Shown piece by piece: positions 8,106 through 17,539 of a stretch of 64,000 nt of DNA. The notes below the pieces were generated by a model. The model was given only the letters and a program-made list of their open reading frames with translations, was not told the origin of the DNA and did no database searches. The translations under genes were made by a program, and so were the position numbers. The stretch's first letter is position 1; each line of letters starts with the position of its first letter. The DNA comes from Pyrodictiaceae archaeon (lineage in GTDB: Archaea; Thermoproteota; Thermoprotei_A; Sulfolobales; WAQK01): the NCBI GenBank assembly GCA_015520265.1, contig WAQK01000025.1:9901-73900 (forward strand), given 5' to 3'.

Positions 8106-9133
8106 TTCTCACCACCTCCCTCCTTGGCAGCGGGGGTGCGGGCCGGGCCGAAGAAGTAGAAGAACCTGGGCCTGGTGCCAGCCTCGGGCTTCAACACGAA
8201 GGCGCCGTACTCCTCCAGCACCCTCCTGATGGGGCTCTCAGGGTCGTTAAGGTCGCCGAAAACCCTCGCGCCCACGGGACACACCTCGACGCACGCAGGT
8301 ATGCCTCCATCCCTGGTCCTGTGGATACACCAGGTACACTTCTCCACCACGTGGACCTGGCGGGGCACGTTGCCTAGTATATGCATGTTGGGGTTCAGCT
8401 CCAGCACCGAGGGCTCCGGCACACCCCAGTTGAAGTGCCTCGCACCGTAGGGGCAAGCCGTCATACAGTACCTGCAGCCGATGCACCTCTCATAGTCTAC
8501 CACCACTATGCCGTCGGGCTCCCTCCAAGTAGCCCTCACGGGGCAAGCCATGACGCATGGCGGGTTCTCGCAGTGCATACAGGCGACCGGCACGTACACC
8601 ATGTCCTCCTTGGGCGCATCAGTGTAGTCGAGCTTGGCGTGGAGGAAGTCTATGGCCTCCCCCTCCCTAGGCGCCTCTAGGACCTTAATCCACTCGATCC
8701 CATTATTCCTGGCAACATTGTTCTCCATGACGCACGCGTAGGCGCAGCGCCTGCAGCCGATACACTTGTTCACGTCGAGGGCCATGGCGAAGGCCACACC
8801 CTGCCTCGCCGGCGTTGCCTTGACCTTAACAGCCTCGCAGCGCCTCCTGGCCTCGGCGCACTCCTCCGAGCCCTCGCCATACTCCCTGCAGATCTCCTCC
8901 ACCTTCCTGGAGCACCACTCCTTGATCCTCTCCTCCTTCCACTCGGCCTTCCTGGCCAGGGTCTCCTCGGTCTCGCGCCGCGGCGGTACGCCGAGAACCT
9001 CGGATAGACTGACTGGCTTTAGCATCGACATCAGCGTGGACCTGCTGACACCTATGAAGGAGATCCCGGCCGCGAAGACGCCGGCCTTGAGCAGGTTCCT
9101 TCTCTTCTCGTCAACCCTCCTAGACCCGCTCAC
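8102..9133 (-). CDS. Tat-exported 4x[4Fe-4S] ferredoxin subunit (NrfC/PsrB/DsrO-like)
   Basis: Start reassigned to the in-frame GTG at 9133, which overlaps the cytochrome stop (GTGA). Twin-arginine signal EKRRNLLKAGVFAAG. Cluster motifs CIGCRRCAYAC, CMHCENPPCVMACP, CIGCRYCMTACP, CTWC..CVEVCP. Confidence 0.85.
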   Translation of the reverse strand: MSGSRRVDEKRRNLLKAGVFAAGISFIGVSRSTLMSMLKPVSLSEVLGVPPRRETEETLARKAEWKEERIKEWCSRKVEEICREYGEGSEECAEARRRCEAVKVKATPARQGVAFAMALDVNKCIGCRRCAYACVMENNVARNNGIEWIKVLEAPREGEAIDFLHAKLDYTDAPKEDMVYVPVACMHCENPPCVMACPVRATWREPDGIVVVDYERCIGCRYCMTACPYGARHFNWGVPEPSVLELNPNMHILGNVPRQVHVVEKCTWCIHRTRDGGIPACVEVCPVGARVFGDLNDPESPIRRVLEEYGAFVLKPEAGTRPRFFYFFGPARTPAAKEGGGEK

Positions 9134-9816
9134 GGCTCCCCACCCCTCTTCCCGATTGGGGCCACCCAGAGGATTATACCCAGACCCGCCAGCACGGCCA
9201 CCACGCCTCCAAGTGCAATGCTGGACTCGTCGGGAGGACTCGGCCTGTCGGAGGGCTCCGGCAGTATGCTGAGGGCCGGCATCGTTGGGTCGTGGGGGTT
9301 GTGGCACTCGACGCAGGCCTTGGCAGGCTCGACGCTGAGGTCCCTATACTCGGGGCAGATGTGGAACCAGTAGCCCACACCCTTGTAGCCCTCCACCAGC
9401 TCAGCCGTGCCCCCGCTACACGTGTAGGTCTGGTTCCCGTGGGCGTGGAGCTGGTAGTCCCTATAGATGTCAGCATGGCAAGTGGAGCAGACCTTGTTGA
9501 GATCCATCAGGCTGTCCCTCGGATGGAGGCCCGGTATCGATATATTGACTCCCCCCACCAGCACGTCAACCTGGGGCGCCTGGTGGCAGTTGGAACAATA
9601 AAGGCCTCCATGGGCGCCCTCCGCCAGATCTATGCCGTGGAACTCGTTGGACCTCGACTGCCCAGTCACTGTGAGGGCTGCGTGGCACTGGGAGCAGGGA
9701 TAGAACTCCTGCCCCTCGCTCGAGGCCGCCAGTATTGGCGCGTAGAGGGCCGCCGCCAGCAGCAGGAGAACCGTTAGCCTGACCCACGAAACCATGGCAT
9801 CCCAGCCTCGGCACAC
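9130..9816 (-). CDS. Membrane-anchored tetraheme c-type cytochrome
   Basis: Four CXXCH motifs (CSQCH, CSNCH, CSTCH, CVECH). N-terminal signal MVSWVRLTVLLLLAAALYAPILAASS (likely true start at 9795). C-terminal TM helix IALGGVVAVLAGLGIILWV. Confidence 0.85.
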   Translation of the reverse strand: MCRGWDAMVSWVRLTVLLLLAAALYAPILAASSEGQEFYPCSQCHAALTVTGQSRSNEFHGIDLAEGAHGGLYCSNCHQAPQVDVLVGGVNISIPGLHPRDSLMDLNKVCSTCHADIYRDYQLHAHGNQTYTCSGGTAELVEGYKGVGYWFHICPEYRDLSVEPAKACVECHNPHDPTMPALSILPEPSDRPSPPDESSIALGGVVAVLAGLGIILWVAPIGKRGGEP

Positions 9817-9909
9817 CCATTGTTTAGACTAGTTATTATAAGCCGGGGACCCTGATATTTAATGTTAGAGGTTAGCAAGGCTAACCCGCCTAGACGCTAA
9901 ACCTTTAAG

Positions 9910-10629
9910 ATGCAGAGCCGATACCAGCCACTGAGCGGTGCGTCGGGTTTGGAGAAACCGGTCGTAGTGAAGATTTCGGGCAGGATAATATCGCCCCAGA
10001 ACATCGGGCTAGTCAAGGAGTACTCCAGGATCCTAAAAGACCATCACACACGTGGCGCCAGGATAGCCGTAGTAGTAGGCGGAGGAGTCACTGCCAGAAA
10101 CTACATAGATGCCGCCCGCAGCCTAGGCTGCTCAGAGGCGGTTCTCGACATCATAGGGATCGACGCATCCAGGCTCAACGCGAGGCTCCTAATAGCGGGA
10201 CTGGGCAGCAACGCACACCCACTGGTACCCCACAACTTAGCCGAGTTCCTCCAGTACTGGGAGAGCGGCAAAATAGTGGTGGCAGGCGGATTCCAGCCGG
10301 GGCAGAGCACCAACGCCGTAGCGGCGGTGATAGCGGAGGCCATAGGGGCTGATAGGCTCGTCAACGCAACTCTGGTGGACGGCATATACGACAAAGACCC
10401 CTCCAAACATAAGGACGCCAGGCTCCTAGAAAAACTGGGCTACCGCGAATTGAGGGAAATTCTCCAAACCAGCCAGACCAGCCTAGCAGGAGCCTACGAA
10501 CTCTTCGACCCAGTAGCCCTGAACGTGGCCGAGAGGAGCAGGATAAAACTGGTCTTCATCAACGGCTGGAACCCCGAGAACCTGGCCAAGGCCCTACGCG
10601 GCGAGAAGGTGGGCACACTGGTCGGGTAA
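9910..10629 (+). CDS. pyrH: Uridylate (UMP) kinase, archaeal type
   Basis: VVKISGRII, VVVGGG and VAGGFQPGQSTNAVAA amino-acid-kinase fold motifs. Confidence 0.85.
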   Translation: MQSRYQPLSGASGLEKPVVVKISGRIISPQNIGLVKEYSRILKDHHTRGARIAVVVGGGVTARNYIDAARSLGCSEAVLDIIGIDASRLNARLLIAGLGSNAHPLVPHNLAEFLQYWESGKIVVAGGFQPGQSTNAVAAVIAEAIGADRLVNATLVDGIYDKDPSKHKDARLLEKLGYRELREILQTSQTSLAGAYELFDPVALNVAERSRIKLVFINGWNPENLAKALRGEKVGTLVG

Positions 10630-10630
10630 A

Positions 10631-10828
10631 CTAGGCGGCCCGCCTGAACACCATTCGGCCCCTATCGTAGTCGGGAACCCTCTCCACCAGGCCATCCGAC
10701 ACCAGCCTCGCCAGCAGCCTACGGGCCTCCATCCTCCTCAAACCCAGTTTCTCCTCGAAAAGCCTCAGAACCTCGCCAGCCTCCAGGGGTTCTCGGCCCA
10801 GGAGCTGCAACGCTTCCTCCAAGTCCAT
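10631..10828 (-). CDS. Small winged-helix-like protein
   Basis: 65-aa ORF. RRLLARLVSDGLVERV resembles a wHTH recognition helix plus wing. Confidence 0.5.
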   Translation of the reverse strand: MDLEEALQLLGREPLEAGEVLRLFEEKLGLRRMEARRLLARLVSDGLVERVPDYDRGRMVFRRAA

Positions 10829-10933
10829 CCGGCGGCACCCAGGTTAATGATAATAGGTCTGAATCCTAAAATCCATAATCGGCTGTGAAGAGGCCCTCGA
10901 TCACCGACAAAGAAGGGATGAGGAAGGCAGGGT

Positions 10934-12334
10934 TTACCTGAGCTCCCGTTCAGCCCTACGTATTTCCTCTATTATAATGTCAGCCGCCCTATCGGCCAGC
11001 TCCAGCGGTATGCTGAGGGGCGGTGCCAGCCTGATCGTGGATAGGCCAGCACCGATCACCAGCACTCCCCGTTTAAAGCACCTTTCCAATATGTTAGCCA
11101 CCTCTTTCCTGGCCGGCTCCTTGGTCTCCCGGTCCCTGACAAGCTCGACACCGATCATCAAACCCTTCCCCCTCACATCACCCACTATTTCGACCTCCTC
11201 CTGCAGCTCCATGAACCTCTTCACCAGATGCTCGCCGACCCTAGCAGCATTCTCGAGGAGGCCCTCCTCCCGGATCACGTCGATAACCGCGCTGGCAGCA
11301 GCTGCAGATACAGGATTACCTCCAAATGTGCTAGCATGACTACCGCCCGGCAGATCCATGACCTCGCTCCTCCCAATAACGGCGCCGAGGGGCAGCCCCG
11401 AAGCAATACCCTTGGCCACCGCCACCAGGTCGGGCTCCACGCCCCAGTGCTGGATGGCGAACCACTTGCCCGTCCTCCCCATCCCCGCCTGAACCTCGTC
11501 GTCCACCAGGAGGATCCCGTACTTGTCGGCCAGGCGGCGGAGCTTGGGGAAGAAGTTGTCGGGAGGAACCACATAGCCACCCTCACCCTGGATGGGCTCG
11601 AAGACTATGGCGGCGGTCTCCTCGGGGGGAACATATTTGCCGAAGACCCAGTCCTCCAGGAACCCTATCACAGCATCACCGCACTCCTCGGGCTCTTCCG
11701 CCCCGAAGGGACACCGATAGGGATAGGGGTAGGGCACATGCACAACGTTAGGGAGGAGTGGGGAGAACCCAGCCCTCTGCACAGGCTTGCTGGAGGTCAG
11801 GCTCATGGCCCCGAAGGTCCTGCCGTGGAAGGCGCCTATAAAGGCTATTATGTAGGGCCTGGAGCCCCTAAAATGGCCCCTCGCCACTTTGAGGGAGGCC
11901 TCCACAGCCTCGGCCCCACTGTTCCCGTAGAACACCTTCTTGCCGCCGCCCATGGGAGCTATTTCTAACAGCTTCTCAGTGAGCTCGACTATCTCCTCGT
12001 AGTAGAAGTCTGTGAGCGAATAATGTAACAACTTTTCGGCCTGCCTCTTGATGGCCTCCACCACCCTAGGGTGCTGGTGCCCCACGTTCAGCACGGCCAG
12101 ACCCGAGTTAAAATCAATGTAAATGTTACCGTCCACATCCTCCACAAGGGCGCCCCTACCCGTCTTAACAACGAGGGGATACCAGCGCACGAAGGACTGC
12201 ATAAGGACCCTGCTGTCCCTTTCAATGATCTCCCGGGCCTTTGGCCCCGGGGGCTCGACAATTATCCGAGGAGCCTCTACCGTGGACTTACCCGTTTCCA
12301 CCCGATCCATAATTAGCAGCACCCCGGGGGACAC
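10934..12334 (-). CDS. Class III pyridoxal-phosphate aminotransferase (4-aminobutyrate/acetylornithine aminotransferase family)
   Basis: DDEVQAGMGRTGKWFA, GGNPVS and FHGRT motifs. 466 aa. Confidence 0.85.
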   Translation of the reverse strand: MSPGVLLIMDRVETGKSTVEAPRIIVEPPGPKAREIIERDSRVLMQSFVRWYPLVVKTGRGALVEDVDGNIYIDFNSGLAVLNVGHQHPRVVEAIKRQAEKLLHYSLTDFYYEEIVELTEKLLEIAPMGGGKKVFYGNSGAEAVEASLKVARGHFRGSRPYIIAFIGAFHGRTFGAMSLTSSKPVQRAGFSPLLPNVVHVPYPYPYRCPFGAEEPEECGDAVIGFLEDWVFGKYVPPEETAAIVFEPIQGEGGYVVPPDNFFPKLRRLADKYGILLVDDEVQAGMGRTGKWFAIQHWGVEPDLVAVAKGIASGLPLGAVIGRSEVMDLPGGSHASTFGGNPVSAAAASAVIDVIREEGLLENAARVGEHLVKRFMELQEEVEIVGDVRGKGLMIGVELVRDRETKEPARKEVANILERCFKRGVLVIGAGLSTIRLAPPLSIPLELADRAADIIIEEIRRAERELR

Positions 12335-12378
12335 CTACCCGGTGGGATTATTAATATTATTCGCAGAACCGATCAACA

Positions 12379-12585
12379 ATGCAGGAGATCGCTTTGGAGC
12401 TAGAGGTCCTGGAGGAGTATAGCGTGGCGGGGGAGAAGAGGTTTAGAATACTGGTGAGGGGAACAAACATAATTCTCAACGTGAAGGCCGGCAACGAGGA
12501 GGAGGCCCTGACAAGGGCTAGGGAGCTGGCCGAGAAGATGGGGCTCCCCGAGTTCCTCGACAGCATTAAGGCGAGGATGAGCTGA
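12379..12585 (+). CDS. Small hypothetical protein
   Basis: 68-aa ORF with balanced charged composition. The alternative antisense ORF (12357..12566) is Ser-rich and less protein-like. Confidence 0.4.
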   Translation: MQEIALELEVLEEYSVAGEKRFRILVRGTNIILNVKAGNEEEALTRARELAEKMGLPEFLDSIKARMS

Positions 12586-13384
12586 GTTCCCTCTGCCTCT
12601 TCCTGTAGCTACGCTCGCCCAGCCTCACGGCTACAACGTATAGTGCAAAGTAAGGTAACGCCAAGAGAAGCATGGTCATGCCGGTGGGGTCTGGAGAAAT
12701 TATAGCGGAAACAACCAGCATCACTACGAAGGCATACTTCATGTTCTCTCCTTTGAACCTCTCAGGCTCCATTATGCCACTGGATATCAGGTAGTAGATG
12801 ATTAGAGGAAACTCGAAGGAGAGACCGGTGGCAACTAGGAGCATGAGAATGGCGTCGTAGAGCTCGCTGATGTCGGAGAACATACCCTGAGCTATGTCAG
12901 TAGGCGATATGGCCAGAAACAGTATGGCCATCATTTTGAAAGCTATCGGAACAACCACGTAGTAAGCTACAATTATGCCCAGCATGAAGAGGGCCGTACC
13001 AGCTATAAGCGCCTTCTTGAGGGCCCTCGCCTCATGAGGGTAGAGGGCCGGAGCCACATAGGCATAGATCTCCCGGGTTATCACAGGCAACGCGCCTAGA
13101 ACACCGAGGATTATAGCCGTTTTTATGAGAACATTGAAGCCGGAGAACGGCTTCCACTGCCCTATCGTCATATTGTACTCCTTCCCCATGAATTCTACAT
13201 GTGTGGGCACGGTGTGCTCTATGAGCATCTGGGGAAACTTGGTGATAAGCGGCGTATAGTACGTGGTCTCCACGGGAACCGCCGAGAGGACCGCCGCCGC
13301 AATGATTACTGCAAGAATAGAGCGCCTCAGCCGAACAATAAGCTCCTCCACATGCTCCAGCAGCGGGCGCTCCTCATCACTCAT
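12566..13384 (-). CDS. tatC: Twin-arginine translocase subunit TatC
   Basis: 272-aa, about 6 TM segments. N-terminal LLEHVEELIVRLRRS is typical of TatC. Confidence 0.85.
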   Translation of the reverse strand: MSDEERPLLEHVEELIVRLRRSILAVIIAAAVLSAVPVETTYYTPLITKFPQMLIEHTVPTHVEFMGKEYNMTIGQWKPFSGFNVLIKTAIILGVLGALPVITREIYAYVAPALYPHEARALKKALIAGTALFMLGIIVAYYVVVPIAFKMMAILFLAISPTDIAQGMFSDISELYDAILMLLVATGLSFEFPLIIYYLISSGIMEPERFKGENMKYAFVVMLVVSAIISPDPTGMTMLLLALPYFALYVVAVRLGERSYRKRQRELSSSSP

Positions 13385-13477
13385 GCCCAGGTCCTCCGGC
13401 CATCAGGATAGTTGGGCCAATAACATTATTTAGCGTAACGTCGCCCAGAACCACAAAAAGGTTGAAAGGCGGCAAGG

Positions 13478-13795
13478 CTAGATAAGGCCCTTCTCCTTAG
13501 CCTTCTCGAGTACCTCGTCGATGAGCTCCTCCTTGCTCTTACCCTCAGTCTCCACACCCAGCTTCTCGGCCAGCTTCTTCAGGGTCTCCTCGTCAACCTC
13601 CTTCCCTTTACCCTTAACCCTCTCCGCGGCAGAAATGGCCTCCTCGTCGTAGAGCCCTGAACTGGCCTTCCTAAACTCCCTGATTGCCTGGCCTAGACCC
13701 TTAGCCAGTTGGGGCAGCTTAGATGGTCCGAAGATTATCAGGATTATCAAAAGTATTATGACCCACTCCATGCCTTGGAACCCAAACAGGCTCAA
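13478..13795 (-). CDS. tatA: Twin-arginine translocase subunit TatA/E
   Basis: N-terminal TM WVIILLIILIIFGPSKLPQLAKGLGQAIREFRKA (TatA hinge/amphipathic helix) followed by an acidic tail. Confidence 0.8.
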   Translation of the reverse strand: MSLFGFQGMEWVIILLIILIIFGPSKLPQLAKGLGQAIREFRKASSGLYDEEAISAAERVKGKGKEVDEETLKKLAEKLGVETEGKSKEELIDEVLEKAKEKGLI

Positions 13796-13904
13796 ACCAC
13801 ACGCCCCCTGAGCAGTGGCTCCTAGTAACCATGAGATGGCCGGATAATAATTAACCCTTTCCCAAGCCTATACAACGTGGCCAGCGTAGAATGGTGTAAT
13901 ACAC

Positions 13905-15323
13905 ATGGAGCTGCTAATAGTTGACGCCGCAACGCTGGAGGCGCGGAGGGCGGATCCCCTAGACGCCGAAAGGATTGCCGGGCTGCTGGACTCAGCCAGA
14001 TACGGGTTAATCCTCGTTGCACGGGGAGCAGAGCCTGAATATTGGCCCTGGCTAAGGAGGAGGCTTGTGGAGCTGGGGGCCAACACTTATAGGGCTAGAT
14101 ACATTGATGCCGACAGGGATCCACTGCTCCTCCGGCACGGCGACCTACAATTACTCGTCGAGGCCTGGTCAAGGTTCCTATCAGCAGCACCCCAAATCCC
14201 TAGGCCCCGCCTCAAGCCAAGCCTTAGACACAGGCTCTCTCGACGAGAGCTTCTGAGGCGGGGGCCCCCAGCATTTATAGAATACACAGCAATGCCTCTG
14301 ACCATGGAGAGCCGGTGCGCCCAGCTTGCCGCCTGCCAGCTCTGTCTGTCTTCGTGCCCCTACAGGGCCCTCCAGGGCAAGCCGCCTGAACCCGACCCCT
14401 CAAGGTGTGTGGAGTGCGGGCTATGCACCAGCTTCTGTCCCAGCGGCTACCTCTGGGACCCATCATCACCCTCCTCCAGCCTCAAAGCACTAGCGGACCA
14501 CATGTTGGAGCACGGCTATGCATCGTTAATCCTGGTCACCTGCCCCCGCCTAAGGGCCAGACTCTACAAGGAGCTAGAGAAGGGCGAGCTGAAGGGGGCA
14601 GGCATACTGGTCTATGAGGCCTCCTGCATAGCCTCGCTATCCCTGGATCAGCTCATCTACCTAAACTCCCGTGGCCTGAAGACCCATTACTACTGCCCTG
14701 CCGAGGAAAGGACAGAATGCTCCAAACGTCTAGGCGCAGAGGAGTATTTGGAGCTCCTCGCCAAGGCTGGTAAGGTGCTGAAACTGAGCTATGGTTTAGG
14801 GGCTCCCGAAGGCCCTAGGGCCGAGAAGCCTCTCACACCCATTCAGGCTGGGAGCAGAAGACTGTTCCTCCAGGCAATGGCAAGGGGGAACGGGAAAGTA
14901 GAGGGCGGAGTCCCGTTCTATACAGTTATGGTCAGCGAAAACTGCACCTTCTGTAGGGCATGCCAGCAAAACTGCCCCGTGGAAGCGCTCAGGGTGGAGG
15001 CAGGCCCCACGGGCTATAAGCTGGTCTTCAGCCATGCCGGATGCATAGGTTGCAACCAGTGCGTTATGGCGTGCCCTGAGGACGCTATCCAGGTGAGGAG
15101 CCTGGCCGACGCGTCTATGCTAGCCAAAGAATGGCATGTAGCGGCTTCAAGCCCGGTGGCCAGATGCAGGGTTTGCGGCAAGCCTCTAGGCCCCGAATCC
15201 ATGGTGAGGAGGGTGGAGGAGAACCTCAGGAGGAGGGGGCTATCCTCAAATATCGTCGAGGCCGTCCGCATATGCCCTGAATGCAAGATCACGCGGAGTC
15301 TCGGAGCGTCCGGGCAGGATTAA
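13905..15323 (+). CDS. Polyferredoxin-like iron-sulfur protein of unknown role
   Basis: Motifs CQLCLSSCP, CVECGLCTSFCP, CTFCRACQQNCP and CIGCNQCVMACP, plus a C-terminal CRVCG..CPEC zinc-ribbon-like pair. The N-terminal ~130 aa has no recognisable domain. Confidence 0.7.
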   Translation: MELLIVDAATLEARRADPLDAERIAGLLDSARYGLILVARGAEPEYWPWLRRRLVELGANTYRARYIDADRDPLLLRHGDLQLLVEAWSRFLSAAPQIPRPRLKPSLRHRLSRRELLRRGPPAFIEYTAMPLTMESRCAQLAACQLCLSSCPYRALQGKPPEPDPSRCVECGLCTSFCPSGYLWDPSSPSSSLKALADHMLEHGYASLILVTCPRLRARLYKELEKGELKGAGILVYEASCIASLSLDQLIYLNSRGLKTHYYCPAEERTECSKRLGAEEYLELLAKAGKVLKLSYGLGAPEGPRAEKPLTPIQAGSRRLFLQAMARGNGKVEGGVPFYTVMVSENCTFCRACQQNCPVEALRVEAGPTGYKLVFSHAGCIGCNQCVMACPEDAIQVRSLADASMLAKEWHVAASSPVARCRVCGKPLGPESMVRRVEENLRRRGLSSNIVEAVRICPECKITRSLGASGQD

Positions 15324-15365
15324 GGTTATCCGGGCTGGAGCCAAGAAATACTGGGGGTGTGAAGA

Positions 15366-15908
15366 GTGAAGCCTGCACTGATAATAGTAGATATGCTAGA
15401 AGAGTTCGTGCGGGGCCGTCTGAAGAGCCCCCAAGCTGAGGCCATAGTTCCCGCCATAAGGAGACTGATAGACGCTGCCCACAGAGCCGGGAGACCGGTG
15501 ATCCATGTGGTCGACTCCCACCTACCTTTCGACGCTGAGTTTAGGGTTTGGGGCAAGCACGCTGTTAAGGGGAGTCCCGAGGCCAGGATAGTGGAGGAGT
15601 TGGCGCCCAGCAAGGAAGACCTGGTCTTCGAGAAGCGTTACTATAGCGGGTTCAGGGGGACAGGCTTAGACACGGCCCTCCGCGACCTGGGGGTCGACAC
15701 CGTGCTGGTCGCCGGAATCCATACACACATCTGCGTGCTACACACCGTCGCCGATGCCTTTTACCACCGGTACAATGTATACGTGGTCAAAGACGCGGTG
15801 GCAGCGTTCAGCAAGAAGGACCATGAATACGCGCTGAACTACATGAAGCAGGTGTACGGGGCCAAAATAGTGTCGTTAGAGGAGGCCGAAAAACTACTCA
15901 GCGGATGA
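15366..15908 (+). CDS. Isochorismatase-family cysteine hydrolase (nicotinamidase-like)
   Basis: PALIIVDMLEEF and VAGIHTHICVLHT (catalytic Cys context). Confidence 0.8.
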   Translation: MKPALIIVDMLEEFVRGRLKSPQAEAIVPAIRRLIDAAHRAGRPVIHVVDSHLPFDAEFRVWGKHAVKGSPEARIVEELAPSKEDLVFEKRYYSGFRGTGLDTALRDLGVDTVLVAGIHTHICVLHTVADAFYHRYNVYVVKDAVAAFSKKDHEYALNYMKQVYGAKIVSLEEAEKLLSG

Positions 15909-16772
15909 CCCTTCATCCCTGGCAGCCACCCTGTTGACCAGGTGGTCCAGGTGCTGGGTCCAATATTCGTATAGACTCCTGGGAACTTTTTTCCCGGCAA
16001 TGGTTTCGTCCACAACCTTCCAGTAGTTTCCACAAGCATGGCAGACATATAGCCTGAACCTCTGGTCCCCTCCAAGCGTGTAGAAGCCCATTTTCTCGTG
16101 ATCCTCGTTGCCGCAGAAGGGGCAGCGGAGCCTCGAGAACCTCCACTCGGTCCAGCACACCTGGCATTTAAGGTAGAGTTTGCGCCCCTCCCCCTCCACA
16201 TAGCCTATTCTCGTATGGCTCCCGCAGACCGGGCAGTATCCCTGTCCCCATAACTCGTACTTCAGATGCTCCCTCACCAAGCCGGCAACAGCCCTAACTA
16301 CCGGCTGAAGCGACCACAACATAACGGCCTCGATGAGCCCAGGCTCCAGGCCCAGCTTCTCTGCGAGTTTGCGTATATCGTCGCTACGCCCCCTCAAGAG
16401 GGATGCCACCAGGCCAGACACCTTGAGGGACCCGTTCTCCACGAAGCCCTCCAGCCTCCTGACCTGCCGCTCCAGGCTTGGCCTGTGCCTTCTAAGTACA
16501 GCGAGTATGGAGAGGGCGATCTCACGCCACACCTCCTCGGGGAACTGGGGAAATCCGGCCACAGAAACTAAGGGCTCCTTAGACGAGTAGACCTTCTCCA
16601 GGGCGGAGAGGTACCTGCTCCTGGACCCCCCGATCCTCGCCTGGACAGCCTTCTCTATGGCGGCCTGGATCTCTAGTAGGTCTTCAAGCATCTCGTAGGC
16701 CTCGGCATTATCCCGGTCCTCCTGTTTCAGCATCTCAAGGGCTCTGAGCACATTTTCCAGGGGCTCAGACAC
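15894..16772 (-). CDS. fdhE: Formate dehydrogenase accessory protein FdhE-like
   Basis: Four Cys pairs (CPVCGS, CQVCWTEW, CPFCGN, CHACGN) with FdhE-like spacing. Lies adjacent to the FDH operon. Confidence 0.75.
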   Translation of the reverse strand: MSEPLENVLRALEMLKQEDRDNAEAYEMLEDLLEIQAAIEKAVQARIGGSRSRYLSALEKVYSSKEPLVSVAGFPQFPEEVWREIALSILAVLRRHRPSLERQVRRLEGFVENGSLKVSGLVASLLRGRSDDIRKLAEKLGLEPGLIEAVMLWSLQPVVRAVAGLVREHLKYELWGQGYCPVCGSHTRIGYVEGEGRKLYLKCQVCWTEWRFSRLRCPFCGNEDHEKMGFYTLGGDQRFRLYVCHACGNYWKVVDETIAGKKVPRSLYEYWTQHLDHLVNRVAARDEGSSAE

Positions 16773-16837
16773 TGTACATGCACCATTTCGTGGATGATTC
16801 TAAACAGTTTTGTAAAAGTTAAAAAATGGATTGTTTT

Positions 16838-17539
16838 TCAGGACTTCCGGACCTTCTCATACCACCGTGGATGGTGCTCCTTAGCGAACTCTTCCGGCAC
16901 CGTGCCTGTGCGGAACATGGCGGTTACCATAGGCCTGTGCTCTGGTATCATTGTTGCAAGGTACACGTGTATTGCCAGGAATATTATGGAGAGGTAGAAG
17001 CCTATCACGTGAATTAGGTGCGCGTATTCCCACACTGTTACACTAAAGCTATCCCTAAACCACATTATTATGCCAGTGATGTACATTATCACCATGCCTA
17101 TGGAGGCTAGCCAGATCCAGCACTTTTGGCCGAGATTATACTTACCGAACTCCGGGCGGCCCCTACCGAGATAGTAGTCGATCATGTTCCTCAGGCCCTG
17201 TTTGAAGCATTCGAGGCTCCAGCACTCGGGCCAGAACTCCCACTTGGCGGCCCTGAATATCTCTGCGAAGAAGAAGGGCACCAGCACGAAGGCCAAACCC
17301 AACGCAGAAAGTCTGTGGATCCAGCGCGCCACCTGGACGCCAGCGGAGTAGGCGTCGTACTCCGGCGCGAAGACCTCGGCTATGGGGTAGCCCAGTATCT
17401 CGCCGAGCACCCTGAAGGTCTCGCCGCCCACCAGTATCAGCCCTGTTAGCAGGAAGGCTGCCGTGAAGTGTATGAGATGCTTATGGGCCCAGATTTGTAG
17501 TTCCGAGAAGACGCGCAGCTGCCTCTCACCAGTCATCAC
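16838..17539 (-). CDS. Formate dehydrogenase-N-like gamma subunit (membrane b-type cytochrome)
   Basis: 233-aa protein with about 4-5 TM helices and conserved His residues. ATGA-type overlap with the beta subunit. Confidence 0.7.
   Translation of the reverse strand: MMTGERQLRVFSELQIWAHKHLIHFTAAFLLTGLILVGGETFRVLGEILGYPIAEVFAPEYDAYSAGVQVARWIHRLSALGLAFVLVPFFFAEIFRAAKWEFWPECWSLECFKQGLRNMIDYYLGRGRPEFGKYNLGQKCWIWLASIGMVIMYITGIIMWFRDSFSVTVWEYAHLIHVIGFYLSIIFLAIHVYLATMIPEHRPMVTAMFRTGTVPEEFAKEHHPRWYEKVRKS

Noticed and set aside
10847-10907. A C/D-box-like layout: ATGATAA - 12 nt - CTAA - spacer - GTGAAGA - 12 nt - CCGA.
   Set aside because: All four boxes are degenerate, including the normally strict D box. 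The AT-rich 5' part coincides with the expected TATA region of the minus-strand gene starting at 10828.
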